A stretch of 64,000 bases of DNA from IMG/VR virus record IMGVR_UViG_3300034059_000003, positions 21,940 to 85,939 of that record, one strand, 5' to 3'. Under the pieces are notes generated by a model that saw only the letters and a program-made list of their open reading frames with translations, ran no database searches and was not told where the DNA came from. Numbering within the stretch: position 1 is the stretch's first letter; every line of letters starts with the position of its first letter. This document shows, piece by piece, positions 39,945 through 50,371 of the stretch. The stretch comes from a virus. Lineage: Duplodnaviria > Caudoviricetes. The translations under genes and the position numbers were made by a program.

Positions 39945-41789
39945 TTATTGTGTATATGGTCCTCCAATATTCCAATAGAATCCGGTATTATCATAGATAA
40001 ACGATACTATCGTTCTCTCGTTTGGTCCTGTGAATATGTTTTTTTCAGTACCATCTTTGAAATAATTTGTTCCTGTAAAAGACAAAGAATGTCCGCCAGA
40101 GGCATCTTGAAAAACAAGTAAATTTCCACATTCCCCGCTTAGAACATTTGATAATATAATAGTCGTATTCTGTGTTAAGAATAATTTTGCATTATATCCT
40201 TGTGAAAGATTCCAATGAACACCTGCAGTTGAATTATCAAGTCTCAGAAATGCCTTTTGTGCTTCAGCTGGTCCTGTAGGACCTATTAATCCTTGTGAAC
40301 CGGAAGGACCAGTTGGTCCCATAGAACCTTGCATTGCTTCAACAAACAATCTTGCCTTCATTACCTGAAGATATCCACTACCTGTTGATCTCCTATATCT
40401 TCCTTTAATAGTATGTGACCCTATAGATAAAGCATCAAACCTTACTATTACAGGAATCATTTGTGGATTTAATGAATCAAGATATATTTGATGTTCTCCA
40501 GAGTCTACACCATCAACTTGAACAGCAAGTGCAAGAGTAGATGCACCACCAGCACCTCTTGTTGTATCAAGTCTTACTTCACAATTTAACGTAATGAGTA
40601 ACTCAACAGATTCATTCAAAATAATTGTTGTAATGACACCAGAAATATCTTCTAAAGTCGATGATACTGTTCCTGAAGAAGTAAGTTTCTCAATATATGA
40701 ACTTGGTATTTTACCTGCAATAGCATCAATACCTGCAGGACCAGTAGACCCTTGTACTCCTGTTAGCCCAATTGGACCAGTTGGTCCGGTTATTCCTTGT
40801 GCTCCTATTGAACCAGTCGATCCTTTTGAACCTGTAGGACCTACAGATCCTGTATTGCCTTTTGCACCTGTAGGACCTGTTACAGATAATCCAGATGCGC
40901 CTGTCGGCCCTATTGGACCTGTTGGACCCAAAGGTCCTGTTGGACCGGTTACAGACGGTCCAGTACTACCTTGTGGACCGGTAGGACCCGGTGCATATGC
41001 GCCACCATAAAGATTTATTTTCCAATCAGAGTAAGTTCCTGATCCAGTATGATTTATCGATTGTACTGATAATTCTCCTGAAGCACCGGTATAATTAACA
41101 ACTGATGCTCTGAATAAGTTATTAACATCATAAGCAATAACAACATCTTGTCCTGTTGTATATGCTCTTCCTGTAGAACAAGTTATATCTATTCCTATAG
41201 GATGTGACGATGGGATTACTATTGTATCGGAAGATAAAGATGCATATCTCTCTCCTATTCCGGTTGCACCTGTTGGACCTTGTATCCCTTGTGGACCGGT
41301 TGGTCCTGCAGCGGTTGATGCGGCTCCGGTTATACCGGCAGGTCCTACTGCACCGGCTGGACCTGTTGGACCGGTATTTCCTTGTGGACCTGTAGGTCCT
41401 TGGACACCTGTTGGACCGGTAGATCCCGGTATTATAGATGCTGGACCAGTTGGTCCTGTACTTCCTTTTGATCCTGCCGGTCCTGATGGTCCGGCAATTC
41501 CTTGTATTCCGGTTGCACCTTTTATCCCAATTGGACCTGTCACACCTTTAGGTCCTACTGTTCCTGTAACACCACGCGGTCCAGTTGGTCCTACACCTTG
41601 AGGTCCTGTTGGTCCTACTGCACCGGTAGGTCCTCTTTGTCCTGCCGGTCCAGGAATACTTGTACCTGGTAAGACTGTTAATCCTGAGAGAATAATGTTT
41701 TTATTATCATTCCTTGCAGGTTCAACTGCATAACCAGAACTCCCAGTAATAGAGGGAGATGGTCCTAAGAATTGTGCCCCAGTACTCAT
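39945..41789 (-). CDS. Collagen-like fibre protein rich in Gly-Pro-Thr (614 aa)
   Basis: Three Gly-X-Y tracts dominated by GPT/GST/GAT/GVT, separated by globular domains. C-terminal tip domain [11 protein letters not shown]...[17 protein letters not shown]. Confidence 0.9.
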   Translation of the reverse strand: MSTGAQFLGPSPSITGSSGYAVEPARNDNKNIILSGLTVLPGTSIPGPAGQRGPTGAVGPTGPQGVGPTGPRGVTGTVGPKGVTGPIGIKGATGIQGIAGPSGPAGSKGSTGPTGPASIIPGSTGPTGVQGPTGPQGNTGPTGPAGAVGPAGITGAASTAAGPTGPQGIQGPTGATGIGERYASLSSDTIVIPSSHPIGIDITCSTGRAYTTGQDVVIAYDVNNLFRASVVNYTGASGELSVQSINHTGSGTYSDWKINLYGGAYAPGPTGPQGSTGPSVTGPTGPLGPTGPIGPTGASGLSVTGPTGAKGNTGSVGPTGSKGSTGSIGAQGITGPTGPIGLTGVQGSTGPAGIDAIAGKIPSSYIEKLTSSGTVSSTLEDISGVITTIILNESVELLITLNCEVRLDTTRGAGGASTLALAVQVDGVDSGEHQIYLDSLNPQMIPVIVRFDALSIGSHTIKGRYRRSTGSGYLQVMKARLFVEAMQGSMGPTGPSGSQGLIGPTGPAEAQKAFLRLDNSTAGVHWNLSQGYNAKLFLTQNTTIILSNVLSGECGNLLVFQDASGGHSLSFTGTNYFKDGTEKNIFTGPNERTIVSFIYDNTGFYWNIGGPYTQ

Positions 41790-42553
41790 TATAGATTTGG
41801 ATCTACATCATTAAAATCAAGAATTTGATTAAGTTCAGCTTGTATTGTTGTTAAGGTCACAATATTTGCTGATGAAATAGCACTTTTTAATCCTTGTAGT
41901 AATGCCCAAACAGTATTTGCATCATTCTGATATTTCTTTCTTGTCTCCCCTGGAACAAGTCTTGAGAGATTGGCATACATTTTTTCAACTCCGGCTTCTG
42001 CCTCACAATAAACATAAGGATAAAATGTACTCTTATATTCTTTTGTTGCTGTACATGAACCATCATCTGAAACCCATGCATCAGTAAAATAAAATTCGTT
42101 TTGATTTATTACGGTGATAAGATGTTCACCACCATAATTTGTGCTTCCTGTAACGTCAACATACATTCCGGAAACAAGACCATGGAAAGGAGATACTGCT
42201 TTTACAGTTCCATTAACCGTTGATCCATAGTTAGCAAAAGAAGAGATTATGATATCTGTAGTTTTTAGTTTGTAAATGATATTATGAAGACCATCTACAT
42301 TTGTTCCGGTCAAATCATTAAACCACCAAACATCAACAACCGGATTTGGTATCTGACTTAACACATCATATTCTGCAGACGCAACCCCACTCGGATTTAT
42401 TATCTGTATTATTGCGGATGTCAATGTTGATGGATCGAGTCCATAAGTTCCATTCCATTTTGTTCCGTCACCTGTATCAACACCAGTCTTATCTTGTATA
42501 CTGAATTTTGAACACCTGGTAACAACTTTTAGATCAAGATCGGGAGTAAACAT
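41789..42553 (-). CDS. Tail hub-like structural protein (254 aa)
   Basis: Follows the auxiliary capsid gene. Contains an [13 protein letters not shown]...F beta-domain and a helical C-terminus. Confidence 0.5.
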   Translation of the reverse strand: MFTPDLDLKVVTRCSKFSIQDKTGVDTGDGTKWNGTYGLDPSTLTSAIIQIINPSGVASAEYDVLSQIPNPVVDVWWFNDLTGTNVDGLHNIIYKLKTTDIIISSFANYGSTVNGTVKAVSPFHGLVSGMYVDVTGSTNYGGEHLITVINQNEFYFTDAWVSDDGSCTATKEYKSTFYPYVYCEAEAGVEKMYANLSRLVPGETRKKYQNDANTVWALLQGLKSAISSANIVTLTTIQAELNQILDFNDVDPNL

Positions 42554-42591
42554 GAGAGTACGATTTTAAAGGTTATGAGAAATTTAAAAAT

Positions 42592-42614
42592 AGGGGAAGC
42601 GGATTGCCTCCCCT
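42592..42614 (-). terminator. Rho-independent terminator after the auxiliary capsid gene
   Basis: Minus strand AGGGGAGGC-AATCC-GCTTCCCCT followed by ATTTTT, about 20 nt past the stop at 42635. Confidence 0.75.
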
Positions 42615-42634
42615 AATTTTAAATATTAACACGG

Positions 42635-43945
42635 TTATACACCTATAGTACTTGCCTGAGTTGCAAATGCTGCCAGAATATCAGAAATAATATCGGGTGC
42701 TTCACCATTTGAAAAACCAGTTTCAAATGCGAGCAAAAGTTGTTTCTGCCTTCTTGGTGTTGCACCTACACCTCCTGTAGAATGATCACCAAAATGAGTA
42801 ATTGATATCTGATCATATGTTTTCCCGGATGTTGCACAAGCCCTTGCTGCAGTCCACATAAAATCGGAAGGATAAGGATTTCCATCATTACCAAGAAGAT
42901 TCCATTCCAATTCAGCAATTTGTTCATAGTTTCCTTGTCCGAGAGACATTGCGGTACTGTATGTAACAACTGTACCACCAAATGAAGCAGCCGAATCAAG
43001 ACCAACCAAAAATGATACCTTTGAATAAGGGAATTTACCAACTGTAAATGACTTTGCAACACCTGATAATTTAATACCAAGATTTGCAGTAGCCATTTTA
43101 GCCGCGGTAAGAACTGTGGCGGAGGCTTTAGCTGCAGCTACAGCACTAAAACTTTCTTCTTCAATAGGACGGTCAACCTTAAATACAGTTGTTGAGGTTA
43201 GTTCAGTTACCTTATAGATACCATCTGTAACAAGACAGCCGGTTGTAGCTGGCGCATCAGACAATCTTACATAATCACCAACAGCAAGATCAACGTTTGT
43301 ATTATAATCAGTATTTGTTGCTACAGAAATATACTGTTCTCCTTTTACAAACGTAACAGCATGAGCAATAGCCGCTGTAGCAAAATAAGCAAGATTACAA
43401 ACGAGTTCTGCCTGGATAGGTGCCTGTGGTGTCTGACGGCGAAGCATACGACTTAATTGTTGAACAAGACCAAGGGCAACTTCGAGTTGAGTAGCAGAAG
43501 CATCACTTTTATATGGTGCATTGAGTATTCTCTGTTGTCCGAAACCGGTAACATCCTGTTCTTTCAGTTCAATACGAACAACATAAAGTTTACTGTTTAC
43601 TACCTCAATCGAATTGGATGTTCCATTATAACCAATATAAGAAACCTGTTCAGCTGCAGCAACGTCAACCTGTGTTTTAAACGCAAGTATATTTGCCTGT
43701 TTTATCAGGTCACTCTGGATAATATCGGTACCATTACGCATGATAACCTTAATACCAGATTCAGCGACAATATCATCCGTAAGTACCGAAGTTGCACTCA
43801 GGACTTTATTGTGGGAGTTTACTACTGCCATTTCCCCATCTACTAATTTACTGTAGTCGGAAATGTAGCCATTGACAGCAGTTGTTGGAGTTGCTGCACC
43901 AACATCTTTGCCAATGAACAATTGCATTACGTCATTTTGTGTCAT
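42635..43945 (-). CDS. Auxiliary capsid (cement-like) protein (436 aa)
   Basis: Follows the ring genes and is followed by a terminator. Patterns SDLIKQANI, AAAEQVSYIG, GQGNYEQIAELEW and YDQISITH fit the crAss auxiliary capsid protein as I recall it. Confidence 0.65.
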   Translation of the reverse strand: MTQNDVMQLFIGKDVGAATPTTAVNGYISDYSKLVDGEMAVVNSHNKVLSATSVLTDDIVAESGIKVIMRNGTDIIQSDLIKQANILAFKTQVDVAAAEQVSYIGYNGTSNSIEVVNSKLYVVRIELKEQDVTGFGQQRILNAPYKSDASATQLEVALGLVQQLSRMLRRQTPQAPIQAELVCNLAYFATAAIAHAVTFVKGEQYISVATNTDYNTNVDLAVGDYVRLSDAPATTGCLVTDGIYKVTELTSTTVFKVDRPIEEESFSAVAAAKASATVLTAAKMATANLGIKLSGVAKSFTVGKFPYSKVSFLVGLDSAASFGGTVVTYSTAMSLGQGNYEQIAELEWNLLGNDGNPYPSDFMWTAARACATSGKTYDQISITHFGDHSTGGVGATPRRQKQLLLAFETGFSNGEAPDIISDILAAFATQASTIGV

Positions 43946-43976
43946 TGTCCTTTTTTTTGAAATTAATAATTAAGTC

Positions 43977-44222
43977 TCAGATACTCTCATTAGTCCAGAG
44001 ATAACCTTTATATTTTGTCTGGTTCTTGATAGCACCATTAATATTTGGCTTATAAAAACCTTTTGCTACCGCATCTTCAATAGAATCAAATGATTCTTTA
44101 ACTTCACCGGTAACCGGATCTTTTGCAACAATTTTTACAGATTCTTTCTGCACTGATGGTTTAGTTTTTTTCCCAACAAGATTTTGCCTTACAAGAATCC
44201 GGGAACGAATTGCTCTGTTCAT
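43977..44222 (-). CDS. Small protein with a NUMOD1-type DNA-binding motif (81 aa)
   Basis: GEVKESFDSIEDAVAKGFYKPNINGAIKNQTKYKGYLW. Confidence 0.6.
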   Translation of the reverse strand: MNRAIRSRILVRQNLVGKKTKPSVQKESVKIVAKDPVTGEVKESFDSIEDAVAKGFYKPNINGAIKNQTKYKGYLWTNESI

Positions 44223-44908
44223 TCTGTTTGATTTTTAGGTTTAACATTCCTACTTGGTATAGTTGAAAGAGCAATTATTACTGCTCTGTTTACTATTTCT
44301 TCATGAACACTTGAATGTAATTCACAATCTACTCCATTATTAATATCTATCGCCACTGGTCTTTTTAGATAACGAAGTCTGTATAAAGATATGATATTAC
44401 CTGTTCCGTAAATCAATTCGTGTTTTTTTGTTCCTGTATTACCATAATCCATTCTCCAGACAAGTTTCTTATATGGTTTGCTAAATGGATTATTGATGTT
44501 TGCAGAATACTCATCATGTCTTATTGGTATTACTTTCGCTTCTTCAGTTGCTGCAGCACCATTACAATCTACATAAGCAACGGTACACATTTCACTTATC
44601 GGATATAACATTTCACTTGGGAGTGAAACAAAGATAGCATTTGTATGTAATGCACTATCAGTTGAATTAAATGAAGATCCAGTAGCATTAAAATTATCAA
44701 TAAGGTTCCCCAATTCAACTCTTGTCTTTTCATCTACTTCGAAATAAGATAGTGTCTTTCCTTCTTTTGGAGAATATCGATCATTTACAACTTCATCCTG
44801 TCCCATATTAAGAAAACCAGACACATCAACTGACGTGAATGTTTTCTCCGGAACATGAAACTCATGAAGTTTAAGCTCAAAATGATATTGCATCTCCTGG
44901 GCAGTCAT
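44219..44908 (-). CDS. Tail ring protein paralog 3 (229 aa)
   Basis: FLNMGQDEVV...VELGNLI...YLKRPVAI...CELHSSVHEEIVNRAV; shares this pattern with the two neighbouring genes. Confidence 0.7.
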   Translation of the reverse strand: MTAQEMQYHFELKLHEFHVPEKTFTSVDVSGFLNMGQDEVVNDRYSPKEGKTLSYFEVDEKTRVELGNLIDNFNATGSSFNSTDSALHTNAIFVSLPSEMLYPISEMCTVAYVDCNGAAATEEAKVIPIRHDEYSANINNPFSKPYKKLVWRMDYGNTGTKKHELIYGTGNIISLYRLRYLKRPVAIDINNGVDCELHSSVHEEIVNRAVIIALSTIPSRNVKPKNQTE

Positions 44909-45798
44909 TACGAGGCAGATTTTTTAATTAGTTTAAATTTAGCTTCATCAACAAACAATGATACCGCTTTTTCAACAAGTTCATCATGTAGATAATCAGG
45001 TAAATCAGGAACATCTGTATATCCCCATGGTGTACCTATCTTAAGTTGTTCATCAATATATGTGATTGTATTATATCCAGCAATCTTTTGGACTTTTGAT
45101 CCAGTTCTGAAAGTTGTAGGAACACCAGTAGAATTAACATATAATATATTGCTTTTGGCAAGAAAATATGATCCATTTGATATTGCAAATATGTCAAGAT
45201 TACCTGTACCAACTCCATCGAGTTCTGAATATTCAAATGAAAGTTTATATGGTTTTCTTAAATAAACAAGATTACCAGGAATAATCGTTGTGGTATATGC
45301 ATCTCCTATCAACATTATGTAATATGGATCTTCCCAAACAGCAACAGGTCGTGGATACATAACTTTATCACCAGAATGACTAACAAGTCTTTGTGCCTGT
45401 AGTCTTGATACCCAATCTGCAAATAATGTTTGATTAGTCATAGAATACACTTCTGTGCGACTTACACTACATGATATACTTATTGGAATAAGAATATCAT
45501 CTGGTGTGCGATATCTATGTCCTCTTGTTGACCAGTTATATTGTGTTAAGTCTTTTTGTGCGGATAAAACACCATCAACACTTATCAGATCTTTCAATTC
45601 ATCTCCATTAAGATCTATTGCAATAAGTCTTTGTTGAAAGGTTGGAAGATTTATATACTTATTGGCAAGATAGTTATCAATGGCCTTGTTAATATAATTA
45701 CAAAAAGTAAATGAGTCAGGTCTTTGTTCTACCTCAAAAATAGGATTAATATCCTGTATCTTTTGTTGAAATAATATTTGTAACTCTACGATATTCAT
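44908..45798 (-). CDS. Tail ring protein paralog 2 with an internal insertion (296 aa)
   Basis: YINKAID...DELKDLI...YLRKPYKL[~75-aa insert]DLPDYLHDELVEKAV. Confidence 0.7.
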   Translation of the reverse strand: MNIVELQILFQQKIQDINPIFEVEQRPDSFTFCNYINKAIDNYLANKYINLPTFQQRLIAIDLNGDELKDLISVDGVLSAQKDLTQYNWSTRGHRYRTPDDILIPISISCSVSRTEVYSMTNQTLFADWVSRLQAQRLVSHSGDKVMYPRPVAVWEDPYYIMLIGDAYTTTIIPGNLVYLRKPYKLSFEYSELDGVGTGNLDIFAISNGSYFLAKSNILYVNSTGVPTTFRTGSKVQKIAGYNTITYIDEQLKIGTPWGYTDVPDLPDYLHDELVEKAVSLFVDEAKFKLIKKSAS

Positions 45799-46466
45799 TA
45801 TTTCGTCTTTGCCATTTCTGTCTGAATCTTTGTTATTAATCTTGGATCCTGTATAGTCTGTAGTGCTACCATTACAGCAATATCCAAAATTTCATCATGT
45901 GTGTGTTCTGGAAGATCACAAGTTCCTCCTTCAATAAGTTCTGTTGGTTCAACTATATAATTAAGTAATACTTCTGTCACTGTCGTAAATCTGTCTACTA
46001 TAAGTTCTAAAAAGGTGCCGGCTATGACAACCTTTGGTTTTATAAAATGAGTTCTGTTTGTTGTCGAATTTATAAACTTCAATTTATGCTCTGTCTTTAT
46101 TGTTTGACAATCAAAATATTCTCCTGATGTTACTATAGGATAATTTGTTCTCGTACAAAGAGCATTGGCATTAATTGGATAAAGAAAATCTGTTGGTAAA
46201 GTATAAAGTGCTGCACCAACAGGATCTATAGAATTAAAAAAAAGACTTGCTGGTTTAACAAGTGTCCGAAGATCAGCCACTCGCTTCGAGTTATCCTCAA
46301 AAGCAGGTGGCTGAAATTTTTCTCCGAACATACGATCTTTGACGAATTGACCCTGAGCATAATTAAGAAATATAAGTTTTTCATCAACCTCATAACCCGG
46401 GGAAGAAAAACTTGATATTCTGTCATAATGAATATCAAAGGCTTCTATCATCTGATCAACATCCAT
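45798..46466 (-). CDS. Tail ring protein paralog 1 (222 aa)
   Basis: SSPGYEVDEKLIFLNYAQ...FEDNSKRVADLRTLV...YIVEPTEL...CDLPEHTHDEILDIAV. Confidence 0.75.
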   Translation of the reverse strand: MDVDQMIEAFDIHYDRISSFSSPGYEVDEKLIFLNYAQGQFVKDRMFGEKFQPPAFEDNSKRVADLRTLVKPASLFFNSIDPVGAALYTLPTDFLYPINANALCTRTNYPIVTSGEYFDCQTIKTEHKLKFINSTTNRTHFIKPKVVIAGTFLELIVDRFTTVTEVLLNYIVEPTELIEGGTCDLPEHTHDEILDIAVMVALQTIQDPRLITKIQTEMAKTK

Positions 46467-47422
46467 TACACATTTTCTATTTGATGTAGCAATTTCATGC
46501 GTACATCCTGATTTTTGGTATCATCAAGAAAAACAAGAAGATCTGAAAGAACACCAATTGGTTTATCTGCACCCGGGAGAGAATAGAGATGTCCGTTTCT
46601 TTTTAATGATCCTATCTCAACACTCTTCTGAATTAACAGTTTAAGATTATAATAGTCATCATCAAGAATTGACAAATAAATGAGTCTGTCATCTTCAATT
46701 ATACGACCAATCTCTTTCTTAAGTTGATCTAAGGTTGCATTTTTCGGAGGTCTCTTTGCATCCTTTTTTTCAAGATAATAGATGTAAAGAAAATCACGCA
46801 TTTTTACAACATTAGAATTCATCTTGTTAAATAGAATGTATGCTCTTGTCTTTTCTTCAAGATCATCGACATTATCTCTTAGTTCTTCTCCTTCTTCAAC
46901 AAGAGCAAATTTATAAGTCCCCTTGTCAAATCTTTCAGACCATGATTGAGCTATCCTTTCTGTATCAGACCGTAATATCAAAAACTGAACAAAATGATCT
47001 ATTCTTGATAATTCAAGGAATAATCCATTACGGTTTAAATTCACCGTTTTACCTCTCCAATATGATTTTGGTACATGGATATTAAGTTTCTGCACATCTG
47101 GTAGTCCAAGTTCATTTGAAAAAGAAAGTACATCTTCTTTTGTAAATTCTTTCATTGGATTTACAAGAACATTCCCAGGTAATACAGGGACAACTATTCC
47201 AAGTTTTGCTCCATCATTCATAAATGAAGAATCGTGATCAACTCCAACCCATTGTCCTTTTCGTTTTATGGGTCTTACGACATACTTCTTCCCACGAAGA
47301 TTTCTTACTTTAAGTGAATAAGGATATTCAAATATGTCTTCTGCAACAATATAGTCTTCGGCAGAAGAATCATTTTCTTCCGAAGAACTTTTCTTGTTAC
47401 CACTTTTACCTTTGTTTGCCAT
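46466..47422 (-). CDS. Conserved crAss protein downstream of the major capsid gene (318 aa)
   Basis: Conserved position; function not evident from the sequence. Confidence 0.55.
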   Translation of the reverse strand: MANKGKSGNKKSSSEENDSSAEDYIVAEDIFEYPYSLKVRNLRGKKYVVRPIKRKGQWVGVDHDSSFMNDGAKLGIVVPVLPGNVLVNPMKEFTKEDVLSFSNELGLPDVQKLNIHVPKSYWRGKTVNLNRNGLFLELSRIDHFVQFLILRSDTERIAQSWSERFDKGTYKFALVEEGEELRDNVDDLEEKTRAYILFNKMNSNVVKMRDFLYIYYLEKKDAKRPPKNATLDQLKKEIGRIIEDDRLIYLSILDDDYYNLKLLIQKSVEIGSLKRNGHLYSLPGADKPIGVLSDLLVFLDDTKNQDVRMKLLHQIENV

Positions 47423-47444
47423 GCTGTTAATCTCCTATTATTAA

Positions 47445-48935
47445 TTACGCTACAGAAAGAACTGAAGGTTTAATTGTAGCACATCTGGTAGGATCGTTTA
47501 CTAAAGTTCCACCAACAAAAGCTCTGTGGAAAGTGTAACCATCTTCCGGTGATGCCATGAACCTACGTTCACTCTGAACCTGGAATGGATCTCTGAGACC
47601 AGGAATGTAACCCATGAAGTCTTCCATACCTTTGTTGTATACAAGACGGATATTGTCTTCACCGCCAGTACGACCAACATTAAGGATCTGGTAAACATAA
47701 CTCTGAGCAACACCCTTACCACTTGGATGCATGATCTTATTACGTTCTCTGTCATCAAAAGCCGGGTCAACGAGAACAGAGAGAATGGTACCATCAGGAC
47801 CCCAATACTCTACAAAGTTTTCATGATATCCCCAACCACTTCCGGTTTTGTAAACACCCATTTCCTGTTGATAAGGTTGATAGAGTGTTGAGTAATTCTT
47901 GATTGACTTATGGAAATTATAAGCTCCCCATTTACCTGTACGCATAAGGATCCGACGTGTCTGACCATAACCACCGTTAGTGTCATCAGTAAGGTCCATG
48001 ATTGCTTCAGTAAGCCATTCAATATCTACATCAAAATCATTATAGAAGAGAACGTTTGATGCTTCTATCTGCTGTTCGAGACCGGCTCCCTGTTCGATTT
48101 TGAAACCACTGTATCCGATCTGTTTGAAGGTACCGTCATCAGCGCGGTTTGTCGTAGCGAAATTGAGAAGTTTATCCTTCATATCCTGGAATTGTTTTTC
48201 AAATTCCCAGTCAGCATACTGTGTCCAGGTAGTCATGATTTTCTCTTTTCCGTTTGTATCGATTCCCTTCCAGGAGAAAGCAACCGGCCTTGAGGTCATG
48301 TTACCAGGTCTTGTATCCTGCATCCTTATCATCGAGAAAGTATTCTTCATCGAGAATGGACTTGTATATGTTGGAGTTCCACCCTTTATAGAGAGGGTCT
48401 TTTCAACAATAGACCATTCTTTTGAAAAACGTTTTCCGGCAACAAGTTCTTCATATGGTATATAAAGATCAGGATCACCTGTGAACAGTTCGCATTCATA
48501 ATCCCATTGAGTTCCATTAGGAACAGGAATATTTACAATTCTTATCGGATAGACAGAGTTTTTTTCACCAACAATGATATTGGTATCTGAGAAATACTGT
48601 TCCGGGAATGTAAGAGTAAAACGGGCACCATTACGACCAACCTGAGAGGTTGCTGTTATTGCGCTTCCGCCTACGAGACATTGAACCAACTGGATGTTCT
48701 TCTTTGAAGAGCCCTGTAATCTCCAACGGAAATCATCATCGGTATCAAGATACAGAGGTGAAAATTTCTGTAAAAAGAGACCGAAATTCGTGCCGTAATT
48801 AGATCTGTAGAGCATGTTAATCATAGGACTTGCATCCTGTGGTTTCGATTGGTAGATAGCACCAAGGTGGTTTTTGGTCGTTAACCCTGACCAGTCCTTG
48901 GGTTCATACTCCTGAAGTGGTGATACTCGTTGCAT
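47445..48935 (-). CDS. Major capsid protein (496 aa)
   Basis: DWSGLTTKNHLG N-terminus, FTLTFPEQYF, SPFSMKNTFSMIR and C-terminal DGYTFH...VNDPTR, as in crAss MCPs. Size and gene order also fit. Confidence 0.9.
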   Translation of the reverse strand: MQRVSPLQEYEPKDWSGLTTKNHLGAIYQSKPQDASPMINMLYRSNYGTNFGLFLQKFSPLYLDTDDDFRWRLQGSSKKNIQLVQCLVGGSAITATSQVGRNGARFTLTFPEQYFSDTNIIVGEKNSVYPIRIVNIPVPNGTQWDYECELFTGDPDLYIPYEELVAGKRFSKEWSIVEKTLSIKGGTPTYTSPFSMKNTFSMIRMQDTRPGNMTSRPVAFSWKGIDTNGKEKIMTTWTQYADWEFEKQFQDMKDKLLNFATTNRADDGTFKQIGYSGFKIEQGAGLEQQIEASNVLFYNDFDVDIEWLTEAIMDLTDDTNGGYGQTRRILMRTGKWGAYNFHKSIKNYSTLYQPYQQEMGVYKTGSGWGYHENFVEYWGPDGTILSVLVDPAFDDRERNKIMHPSGKGVAQSYVYQILNVGRTGGEDNIRLVYNKGMEDFMGYIPGLRDPFQVQSERRFMASPEDGYTFHRAFVGGTLVNDPTRCATIKPSVLSVA

Positions 48936-48960
48936 TTCTATTTAATTTAGAACGATTAAG

Positions 48961-50247
48961 TTACATTGTAAATTGAGGAAAGATAAAGTCATCATCTTTG
49001 TCTTTTGATCTCTTTTCTTTATCTACCTCAGATACCGGTTTCTTCTTAGTAGCTTCTTCTCCACTTAGAACCTGACTCAACCTTTTTGCGGCTGAAGTTT
49101 CAACTTTTTTTGTGAAATTAGAAAAAGCTCCTTCTTTAATGTTTTCATCAAAGAGACCGTGTTTAATAAAATAAGCGAGCCTTGCTTCAAAAGCAATAGG
49201 ATTCTTTGCTCTCAATGCCATAGCTTCACTTACCGGGATCTTTTTACCATCTTTATTTGTAAAGATCACTGGTACTGTCATCATCTTTACAATTTCTTTC
49301 TTCTCATCTTCTGAAACAGGAATACCAGGAAAAATCTCTTTTAGTTCCTTGACTGATTTGCCAATTGCTTCTTTTGTCTTTTTCTTGTTATCCTCTTCCT
49401 TTTCCTTTTTTATCTTCGTTTCACTCTCAATATGTTTCCTTTCTTCTTTGATACTTGTTTGAATCTCAGCCAAACCATCAACTGCGTCTGTAAGAAGAGT
49501 TTCCTTTTCTTTGGCAAATGCAATATAATTTTTGATTTTTGATTCAGGAATACCTTTGAGAGTAAGATAATCGGAATAGAGTTGTTCCTGAAGTTCTACG
49601 TTATCTTTCAAATCTTTTTCAGATATAGATCCATAACGTTCTTCAAGAGAGTAATTATCTGCTAAGTCATCAAATGGAACACCTGACTCAAGCGATTCAA
49701 TAAACTTCAATGCTTTCTCTCCAATGGTTGATTTATATTCATCAATGCCGTCTTTTATTTCAGCATCGATTTGACCTTGGATGTGTTCATTGATTTTAAG
49801 AATTGCCTCTTCTGGTTCTAATCCATCAAGACTTTTCAAATCGAAGTTTGGGAGTACACCACTTTCTTGAAGAGCCGCAGCATGAAGATAGACAGGAGAT
49901 TCGTTCCCTTCTGTAGGTATACTCCCATTCTTCTTGTCTTTATCTTTTATATTTTTGTCTTTGGCATCTTTCTTATCGGATTCAGAATCATCTATTTCTT
50001 CGTCCTTTCCATCATCAACAATAAATGTATTGTCTTTAGGAGGGGTTTGTGGATTTTCCTTTTTATCCACCTTGTCACCAGGCTTTTCTTTATCAGCCGG
50101 TGTCGTCTTTCCTTTATCTCCGGGTTTCTCCACATGACTATCTCCTTCATCAGGTGGACCATCGACGTCGATGAGATCCATGTCAAATTCGGGCATTTGA
50201 ATTGATCCGAACAACTGGTCATCATCAGAATTTAGCTGCTTTGTCAT
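48961..50247 (-). CDS. Acidic scaffold-like protein (428 aa)
   Basis: Highly Asp/Glu/Lys-rich and coiled, located between the portal and MCP genes. Confidence 0.6.
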   Translation of the reverse strand: MTKQLNSDDDQLFGSIQMPEFDMDLIDVDGPPDEGDSHVEKPGDKGKTTPADKEKPGDKVDKKENPQTPPKDNTFIVDDGKDEEIDDSESDKKDAKDKNIKDKDKKNGSIPTEGNESPVYLHAAALQESGVLPNFDLKSLDGLEPEEAILKINEHIQGQIDAEIKDGIDEYKSTIGEKALKFIESLESGVPFDDLADNYSLEERYGSISEKDLKDNVELQEQLYSDYLTLKGIPESKIKNYIAFAKEKETLLTDAVDGLAEIQTSIKEERKHIESETKIKKEKEEDNKKKTKEAIGKSVKELKEIFPGIPVSEDEKKEIVKMMTVPVIFTNKDGKKIPVSEAMALRAKNPIAFEARLAYFIKHGLFDENIKEGAFSNFTKKVETSAAKRLSQVLSGEEATKKKPVSEVDKEKRSKDKDDDFIFPQFTM

Positions 50248-50371
50248 TTTACTGCGTTTAAATTAATACAAGTTTATAAATTACTCAGAATAAAGACAAG
50301 AGTATCATCAATACAGTGTCTTATTTAGTCGTTGTCATTATAGATAAAACTATAAATTATTTTTTTATAAA

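Noticed and set aside
40594-41010. Plus-strand ORF with GPVGP repeats that looks collagen-like
   Set aside because: It is the antisense image of the GGN-CCN codons of the real collagen gene.
39945-41789. Short GGTCC/GGACC-rich repeats resembling a CRISPR or tandem-repeat array
   Set aside because: They are coding Gly-Pro-Thr triplets with no constant repeat/unique spacer structure. No CRISPR array was found in the window.
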